A DNA stretch of 64,000 bases from a virus: the IMG/VR virus record IMGVR_UViG_3300048913_000208. The stretch is one strand, 5' to 3'. The notes below the pieces were generated by a model. It was not told the origin of the DNA and made no database searches. It was given only the letters and a program-made list of their open reading frames with translations. Position numbers and translations under genes: made by a program. Positions within the stretch are counted from its first letter, which is position 1; every line of letters begins with the position of its first letter. This document shows positions 57,970 through 64,000 of this stretch, one piece after another.

Positions 57970-59383
57970 TCTTCAAAGCTCCGCACTCCTGGAGGAGCTG
58001 ACCAAGATCGCAGCGGCACCCGGTAGTCCTTACTGGAAGTTCCAGTCGTTGATTCACGCTGGCGGTAAGGACATCCTCCCCCTCAAGACCATGCGGTTGG
58101 ATTCCGATGAGGACTTCACGTCTGCATGGTTCGAGAGCGCAACGATCGTGATCTATCTTGGAGCGGGCGATCTTCTCCAAGACGTGGCGCCTTTTCAGGA
58201 TGACCTGAAGATCACGGTACTGCGTTCTCCAATGACAGAGATGGGAGATGTGATTCCCGATGCTGCTGTTGAGACCAGGACCTACAAAGCGTATTTGGGC
58301 GACGATACCGAGTCTCCTGCGGAAGTAGGTAACGATATCACCCTCCAAGACAAGGAGACGGCTAACCGCACTTCGATGCGTGCTGTTACCTTCTATCTGG
58401 AGGAGGCTGCCATCAGCCAACTGCGCAAGCAATCTACCGGTGTGATCGGTGAAGTCGTTCCGCCGTACGTGGTGCTCGAGACCTTGATGAACAGGGCCAC
58501 TCAAGCGCTGCGTCTCGGTAAGGACGAAACCATCCAACGAGTGGACGTGGTGACTCCGAACAACAAGACGTCAAGGCCGTTTGTGATTGTGCCTGACGGC
58601 ACGATGTTGCCTGACTTGCCTGACCACATTCAGAACAAGCAGGGTGGGATCTACTCGACAGGCCTTGGGTTCTTCATCAAGAATCGGATCGTCTACATCT
58701 TCCCGGTGTACGACACCACGCGGTTCGATAAAGCTCCGCGGGTCTTGCAGGTGATCATGTCACCTAACAAGAACTCACAGATGATCGACCGTACTTGGCG
58801 AGACACCGAGCGGACCCTCACGATCTATGCCGCCGGTATGGCTAAGGTAGTGGACGATACGCTGGATAAGCTGAACACCGAAGGTAACGGGGTTCGGTTC
58901 CAGATGGCGTCTCAGGTGTTGAACGCACCAGTCCAGGTCGGCAACAACAAGATGGTCGCTTCCCGTTCCAAGAACAACAGTGAGTTTGCAACGACTGTCG
59001 TTGGGGATGGGTCGAACCTCATGCGTGTGGCCAAGACCAAGGTGACCGACAACGTCTACCTCGAAGCCAGTAAGATGGCTAAGCGTGGTTGTGCTTCAGT
59101 GATCGTGACATGGTTGCGCAGTGATCCATCGAAGATCATCCCGGGGATGCCTACCGAGATCATCTACGAGTACAACAACGAGATCCAAACGCTCCCAGGC
59201 GTGGTACGTCACCAGATCTCCTCACTCGAAGTTGAGGGTACGGGTATGGTGGGTGATCGTGCACGCGCCAAGTCGTCGTTGGTGATCGCAGTAGATCGTT
59301 CATCCCCTGAGTTCCAGAAGTACCTGCAAGCAGGCGGAGAGGTTTCGGCACTACCTGAGATCTCCACGATCCAAGTCAATTAA
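57962..59383 (+). CDS. virion structural protein, probable baseplate hub (gp101-like position)
   Basis: 473 aa beta-rich; QGGIYSTGLGFF segment; synteny. Confidence 0.55.
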   Translation: MADLQSSALLEELTKIAAAPGSPYWKFQSLIHAGGKDILPLKTMRLDSDEDFTSAWFESATIVIYLGAGDLLQDVAPFQDDLKITVLRSPMTEMGDVIPDAAVETRTYKAYLGDDTESPAEVGNDITLQDKETANRTSMRAVTFYLEEAAISQLRKQSTGVIGEVVPPYVVLETLMNRATQALRLGKDETIQRVDVVTPNNKTSRPFVIVPDGTMLPDLPDHIQNKQGGIYSTGLGFFIKNRIVYIFPVYDTTRFDKAPRVLQVIMSPNKNSQMIDRTWRDTERTLTIYAAGMAKVVDDTLDKLNTEGNGVRFQMASQVLNAPVQVGNNKMVASRSKNNSEFATTVVGDGSNLMRVAKTKVTDNVYLEASKMAKRGCASVIVTWLRSDPSKIIPGMPTEIIYEYNNEIQTLPGVVRHQISSLEVEGTGMVGDRARAKSSLVIAVDRSSPEFQKYLQAGGEVSALPEISTIQVN

Positions 59384-59388
59384 AGTGA

Positions 59389-59396
59389 TACATTAC
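59389..59396 (+). promoter_or_regulatory. candidate early promoter core TACATTAC
   Basis: Recurring motif at the head of an accessory cassette. Confidence 0.55.
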
Positions 59397-59493
59397 AGAA
59401 GTGATTAATGGGTTGAGTCTTCGGATTCGACCCGTCACTTCCACCTCGGTGAAAGGAACAGTTTGATGTTTATTCGAATTGAGGTCAAACGAC

Positions 59494-60189
59494 ATGAACA
59501 CAACCAGCCTGAGTCCAGGGTTGTCAAAGGTAGGAGTGGGTAATATCTTCTACGTGACGCTTACGTCACCGGAAGGCAAGTTGGAAACACAATCGTTTAT
59601 CGCGGTGGAAGCTTTCGATTACCACGCTGTAATGGAGGAAGTGCGGGGTGAAGGCATCATCATGTCAGAAGATGTCTCTAAACGCTTCTGTGAGCTCGTT
59701 TTAGAGCGAGGTTACGTCTGGAAAGCAGATGCATGCATCTTGGACGTAGGAGAGCGAGGAAGGGCTTCCAGAGCGTTACAGGAGGCTGGGCGCTACACGT
59801 ACAACTCCAGACATGAAATGCTCCGGGCGTTGGCACGGGAAGTGAATGACCTTTATCTCAGCATCGAATGTCGAGCTGGGGATCTCCACCTGCTGAAGAT
59901 CGATCAAGGCGACACGCTGGCGCAAGTCAGAATCTTCCTCGACGATGAAGCATTATCCGAGCAAATAGTGCTGGATCTGATCGGCCCACCGGATTACCCC
60001 ATTCCGGATGACCTTGACGACATCCTTACTCAAGCAATAACGCAATACCTCAAAGGTCAGTATCCGAAGCTTGATATCGGAATCACTGTCCGCGCGAAGA
60101 AATCCGATCTGGTTCTGGCTAAGGAGGCGATCTATGCACCCTTGCGCAAGAAAACTGTTGGACGATATCGACGCGATTCTAAGCACTAA
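59494..60189 (+). CDS. hypothetical protein
   Basis: GAGG RBS before ATG 59494. Confidence 0.7.
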   Translation: MNTTSLSPGLSKVGVGNIFYVTLTSPEGKLETQSFIAVEAFDYHAVMEEVRGEGIIMSEDVSKRFCELVLERGYVWKADACILDVGERGRASRALQEAGRYTYNSRHEMLRALAREVNDLYLSIECRAGDLHLLKIDQGDTLAQVRIFLDDEALSEQIVLDLIGPPDYPIPDDLDDILTQAITQYLKGQYPKLDIGITVRAKKSDLVLAKEAIYAPLRKKTVGRYRRDSKH

Positions 60190-60370
60190 CGATCCTGATG
60201 CACCCATGCTCATCTCGCTGTCGATCCAATGTTGGCTAGCGAATGGCAATCCGCTGTCTTTACTCATGGAGGCCTTGAAGGCCCGCAATATCCAACACCA
60301 CCACGCAGCGCCTATCCTCACACTTCAGATAGGGGATGTGCGTTTGCGCGTACCAACAGAACGTATCTAA
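60134..60370 (+). CDS. 78-aa hypothetical protein
   Basis: AAGGAGG 6 nt upstream of ATG 60134; fills the gap to the next gene. Confidence 0.65.
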   Translation: MHPCARKLLDDIDAILSTNDPDAPMLISLSIQCWLANGNPLSLLMEALKARNIQHHHAAPILTLQIGDVRLRVPTERI

Positions 60371-60379
60371 GGAGAGTCC

Positions 60380-60871
60380 GTGACCAATGACAATACACCA
60401 GGAACCCAAGCCCGGGCAATACGAGAAGACATCTTCACCACCCTCGCAATCGCCACGCTTCTGCATGACGATAACCACACGATCCAGCAAGTAGCCGCCA
60501 ACCTTGCCAAACGAGCGCCGGGGTCTCTTCGCAAGAAGACACTCCTACCGCTTTCGGAAAGTCGATACGCCAGAGAGATCCTTCTGGAGTCTGCAACCTT
60601 TCCGACCCAGGATCTGATCATCGGTTCTGCTGAGCATGACGGCACTACCTACGACATCGTAGCCAACTGGCGACACACGTTGGATTTCACGGTGGGTGAA
60701 GTGATCGGCGCTGTTGCAGACATTCTGATTCAGCGAGGTCTGTGCGATGGTCGCGTGTACGTATCGATCATCGATCCTGTGTATCGGGGGATGAGGGCCG
60801 ATAGCGTACTACTACCAGACCACGCCAAGTATTCAGTTCAGAACTACGACGGCATACAGCAGGAGGCGTGA
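60380..60871 (+). CDS. hypothetical protein
   Basis: AAGGAG RBS before GTG; stop lies in the terminator loop. Confidence 0.7.
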   Translation: MTNDNTPGTQARAIREDIFTTLAIATLLHDDNHTIQQVAANLAKRAPGSLRKKTLLPLSESRYAREILLESATFPTQDLIIGSAEHDGTTYDIVANWRHTLDFTVGEVIGAVADILIQRGLCDGRVYVSIIDPVYRGMRADSVLLPDHAKYSVQNYDGIQQEA

Positions 60872-60899
60872 GCCTCCTGCTGTACACTTCTTTTTTTTT
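60855..60899. terminator. terminator between convergent genes
   Basis: 13-bp stem TACAGCAGGAGGC-GTGA-GCCTCCTGCTGTA and T-tract. Confidence 0.85.
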
Positions 60900-60904
60900 G
60901 CTGC

Positions 60905-62179
60905 TTACGCGCCGACAGGCATTCCTTCCTTGTCGTCGCTCTTACCTTTGCGAGCCTTACCGATGGACGCTTGGCAGTGACGCCATGCATTCATTGCCAC
61001 CAGAGCCACTTGAGGTGCCAGCACCTGCATGGCCATTGGGTAGCGGCTGATCATCTTGCGCACGATCGCCACCTGGTCTTTACCGCTCTTCGCCAGAGCA
61101 GGGACGTCGGAACCTTTCTCGACACCAGCCTTGGCAGTGACCTTGAAGTCGCCGGTACGCTTCTTCAGTTCGCCTAGCAGCTTCTCGATTTCCTGTTCGA
61201 TCGGCTTACCTTGTTCGGCCATGTTCTTCATGCTGGTCGCAGCGCTGTCCATTGCATCCGCGACCTTGTGCATCTCGGCCTTACTCAGGTAAGGGATCTT
61301 GCCGGTTGGGAACTCAGCCTTGCTGACCTTGATGGTTGCTTCGGCCAGTTTGTTACCAGTGCCCTTCAGGTGCTCGTCGACGTATTCGACCTCGAGCGCA
61401 ATACCGCCGGAGATCTTGAACTTCTTCACCCCACCCACAGTAGCCGAAGCGTCGGTGTGACCAGGGAAAGCCAGCAGACGGATCTGCGACTTGAACGAAG
61501 CGTCCCAACCACCCAGCAGGGTATTGACTTCCAGCGGCGTTTCGTGAACGATGCTGGAGGCACTGGAAGCGGCACCGTCTTTGGTCTGGTAGTAGACACC
61601 CCAGGCCGGTTTACCTTCGAAGTCACCAGAAGGAACTTCGTCCTTCAGAACGGTGAGGGAGTTACGCAGGCTTTTAGCCGCCTTACTCACCACGAACCCG
61701 TTATTGATGATCTTCGACCCGAAGCTAACGATGATCTTGCCCAGCGAAGCCAGCGCAGCTTTCAAAGCGTCCCAGAGACGACCCAGCAGACCGGTGGCTT
61801 TGTCCTTGTTCTCTTTGCGGTTCTCATCGTTGGTCTGACTGACGCCAGCCGATTCGAACGACGCGGAGATGGCGTCGGGTTTGGTCGTGTAGCCATGTGC
61901 ATTCATCAGGGCGTTGATACCGACGCGGTACTGACGAGAGACACGACCGTCCCACTCACCTTCAGGTACACGGTCCATGAAGCCGAATACAAACGACTCC
62001 ATCGATTCGTGCAGACCACCAACGTTTTCCACCTGACGGGACATGGCGCCCAATTCTTCGGACGCTGCGTTGAGGTCATCGGTACTGGCGGTCAGCTCGG
62101 CATCCACCGCTTCGGTGGGAGTGTCGGCCAGCGCAGCAGCGGCGATGGCTTCTTGCAATGCATCTTCATGTACGTTCAT
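60905..62179 (-). CDS. inner-body protein paralog (gp93-family)
   Basis: GGAG RBS; SFES followed by GLLGRLWDALKAAL helix. Confidence 0.7.
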   Translation of the reverse strand: MNVHEDALQEAIAAAALADTPTEAVDAELTASTDDLNAASEELGAMSRQVENVGGLHESMESFVFGFMDRVPEGEWDGRVSRQYRVGINALMNAHGYTTKPDAISASFESAGVSQTNDENRKENKDKATGLLGRLWDALKAALASLGKIIVSFGSKIINNGFVVSKAAKSLRNSLTVLKDEVPSGDFEGKPAWGVYYQTKDGAASSASSIVHETPLEVNTLLGGWDASFKSQIRLLAFPGHTDASATVGGVKKFKISGGIALEVEYVDEHLKGTGNKLAEATIKVSKAEFPTGKIPYLSKAEMHKVADAMDSAATSMKNMAEQGKPIEQEIEKLLGELKKRTGDFKVTAKAGVEKGSDVPALAKSGKDQVAIVRKMISRYPMAMQVLAPQVALVAMNAWRHCQASIGKARKGKSDDKEGMPVGA

Positions 62180-62194
62180 TGGAGAACCTTCCTA

Positions 62195-63598
62195 TCAGTG
62201 AACCGGCTCGAAGTGGGCGTACTCGTGCTCAGGCTCGGCCTTGGCCGCTGGGGAGTGACCCAGGAGTTTGTGTTGGTTGGCATTCACTTCTTTGAGCTCG
62301 CCGTGAGAGATCAGACTGATGCAGCGGTCGGCGAACGAGACGTTGGTACGGATCATGGTGATCGCGTGCGGCAGCGTCAGGGTGTATGCCTGGGAGTAGA
62401 GGTTGTTCGCCGCCATGAGCGACTTGATGGCGCGGACGGTATCGTCGTGGCCAGGCATCTTGATTTCTTTGCTCTCCAAGAACTTGGAGATGTTGGTCAG
62501 GATGCGTACAGCGGTATCGCTGTTGGTGACCCAGGCGTCTATTTTCTTCTCGACTTGCTGGATGTTCGACAGCGCATGCAGAGCCTTGTCGACAGTTGCA
62601 TGGATTTCCGCCACCGACAGTGCATCGGCCTCGGTAGGGGTAGTGCCCTGGTGTTCCATGAACACTTCGGCCTTGGCGCCGATCAGCGGGTTGTTCTTGA
62701 TGTTGGCACCGTGCTCGCGACCGACACCAGCAGTGTGCTTGATGTTGAACTTCCAGGTCGGCAGGAAGGCCACGTTTACCAAATGCGGCAGGCCGGTGGT
62801 GTAGTGACCGCCCAGACCTTCGGCCTGCTCCTTAACCCACTTATCGACATCAGCGTCGGTAGGAGTGGTGGACAGCTTACCGACCTGAGTCACCTTGCCG
62901 AGATCGTTCTGCACTTGGGCAACGAAGCGAGCGTAGGCAGTGGTGTTGCGATCGATAGCGTCGGCAGGTTTCAGCAGATGTCCACCGAAGTCGATCATGT
63001 TCCACGCCACCTGTTGGGCGATCTTGACCTTACCGCCTTTGCTGGCACCTTGCAGACGATCAGCACGCGCCTTCACCGACTTGATGTAGCTTTCCAGCGA
63101 ACCGCTGGTTTTGCGCATGCGAGCGACGAAGCTACGAACAATAGAACCGAGACGTGCCAGCGCTTCACGCAGCATGGTGAACAGACGGGAGAGGAAACCG
63201 TCTTTCTTCTTCTCGGCTTCGGTCGAGTAGTCTTCACGTCGCGCAACAGATTCGAACGAAGGTACAACGGCGCGATAATGCAGAGGCAGGTTGGTTGCAC
63301 GGATCAGACATTCGATCGATACTTCCAGCAGGTCAGCACCACGCTCGTCCACACCGCCTTCTTTGTAAGCCTGGATGGTGTTATCGACCAGCGTGTCGAT
63401 GTTGTCCGCCAGCAACGTGCCGGTGGTGATATCCTCGCCTTCTTTGGCGATCTGTGCGGCGATTTCATGCAGGCCTTCGATGTGACCTACGACTTCGTCG
63501 CGTGCGTCCACTGCGGCCGATTCCAGACTGAGGGTATCGCGGATACCAGTACCGCCAGCCATGTTGCGTTTGGCCAGTGCTTCAGAAATGGTGCTCAT
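62195..63598 (-). CDS. inner-body protein paralog (gp93-family)
   Basis: AAGGA RBS; SLE, SFE, DYSTEA and GFLSRLFTML helix, similar to the 49631 protein. Confidence 0.72.
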   Translation of the reverse strand: MSTISEALAKRNMAGGTGIRDTLSLESAAVDARDEVVGHIEGLHEIAAQIAKEGEDITTGTLLADNIDTLVDNTIQAYKEGGVDERGADLLEVSIECLIRATNLPLHYRAVVPSFESVARREDYSTEAEKKKDGFLSRLFTMLREALARLGSIVRSFVARMRKTSGSLESYIKSVKARADRLQGASKGGKVKIAQQVAWNMIDFGGHLLKPADAIDRNTTAYARFVAQVQNDLGKVTQVGKLSTTPTDADVDKWVKEQAEGLGGHYTTGLPHLVNVAFLPTWKFNIKHTAGVGREHGANIKNNPLIGAKAEVFMEHQGTTPTEADALSVAEIHATVDKALHALSNIQQVEKKIDAWVTNSDTAVRILTNISKFLESKEIKMPGHDDTVRAIKSLMAANNLYSQAYTLTLPHAITMIRTNVSFADRCISLISHGELKEVNANQHKLLGHSPAAKAEPEHEYAHFEPVH

Positions 63599-63622
63599 GT
63601 GTTGTTCCTTGATGAGGAGTGA

Positions 63623-64000
63623 TTAACCGCGAGACGCTTTGTCGGCGTAGTTGTCGGCGGCGTAGTGAACCTGGAGGTAGCCACTCAGCAGGTTAGACGG
63701 CAGCTGACCCAGAGTCGCCATGACGTGGCCCAGAGTGGAGTACACGCGGCTCGATTGAGTAGCTTTATCGGCAGCGTCCTTATCGGCGCCTGCCAGAGAG
63801 TTCAGCGTAGCTCGGTACGCGTCGTTCATCGACTTGGCCAATTGACCAAAGACGGTGGAGACGGTGTCGAGCGGTTTACGCAGACTATCGATCTGGTTGT
63901 ACGACTCAATCAGGTGCTCGAGCAACTTCATGGCTTCGCCCTCATCCAGACCAGGCATCTCACCAGACTTCTTCTCGTAAGCGATCTTGCCAGCTTTGGC
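63623..64000 (-). CDS. C-terminal fragment of a probable further inner-body paralog (runs off the window)
   Basis: Frame open from the window edge to stop 63623; C-terminal helix like its neighbours. Confidence 0.6.
   Translation of the reverse strand, partial: AKAGKIAYEKKSGEMPGLDEGEAMKLLEHLIESYNQIDSLRKPLDTVSTVFGQLAKSMNDAYRATLNSLAGADKDAADKATQSSRVYSTLGHVMATLGQLPSNLLSGYLQVHYAADNYADKASRG

Noticed and set aside
59410-59433. GGATTCGACCC as a tRNA T-arm
   Set aside because: No cloverleaf, anticodon arm or acceptor stem can be built; a simple UUCG hairpin explains it
61211-63622. 803-aa + strand ORF over the minus-strand inner-body genes (also 5461-6741, 20960-22279, 32377-34026, 35531-37117, 49523-50875, 55914-57380)
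   Set aside because: Same codon-bias shadow effect opposite well-supported genes

Overview
This 64 kb window comes from a phiKZ-like, nucleus-forming jumbo myophage (Chimalliviridae-type). The core gene order is recognisable. A run of small hypothetical genes leads into the polymerase-domain half of a split family-B DNA polymerase. Next come chimallin (ChmA), the non-virion RNA polymerase subunits (N-terminal beta' with NADFDGD, probable sigma-like subunit, beta, C-terminal beta'), an SbcD-like nuclease, a probable PicA/Imp1 import factor and an SF2 helicase. These are followed by a virion RNAP beta' fragment, the exonuclease half of the DNA polymerase and a long virion block (baseplate/tail candidates and a paralogous family of protease-processed inner-head proteins). 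I saw no tRNA, rRNA, CRISPR array, intron or homing endonuclease. phiKZ gp-number correspondences rest on recalled gene order and motifs, not on a database search. Most notable observations: (1) a canonical -1 slippery site (G GGA AAC TGA) ending an inner-head protein gene, which would append a 110-aa domain that has no start or RBS of its own, plus a second weaker C GGA AAG TAG case; (2) Arg/Asp mixed-charge tails shared by ChmA, PicA and the gene after PicA, two ending in RDW-stop; (3) a bacterial SSB-like C-terminal tail on a nucleus-block protein; (4) a conserved (TGACG)GCATA motif at the 5' base of many terminator hairpins; (5) a 52-aa CxxCxxCxxC microprotein gene, absent from the ORF track and coupled to the DNA polymerase gene.
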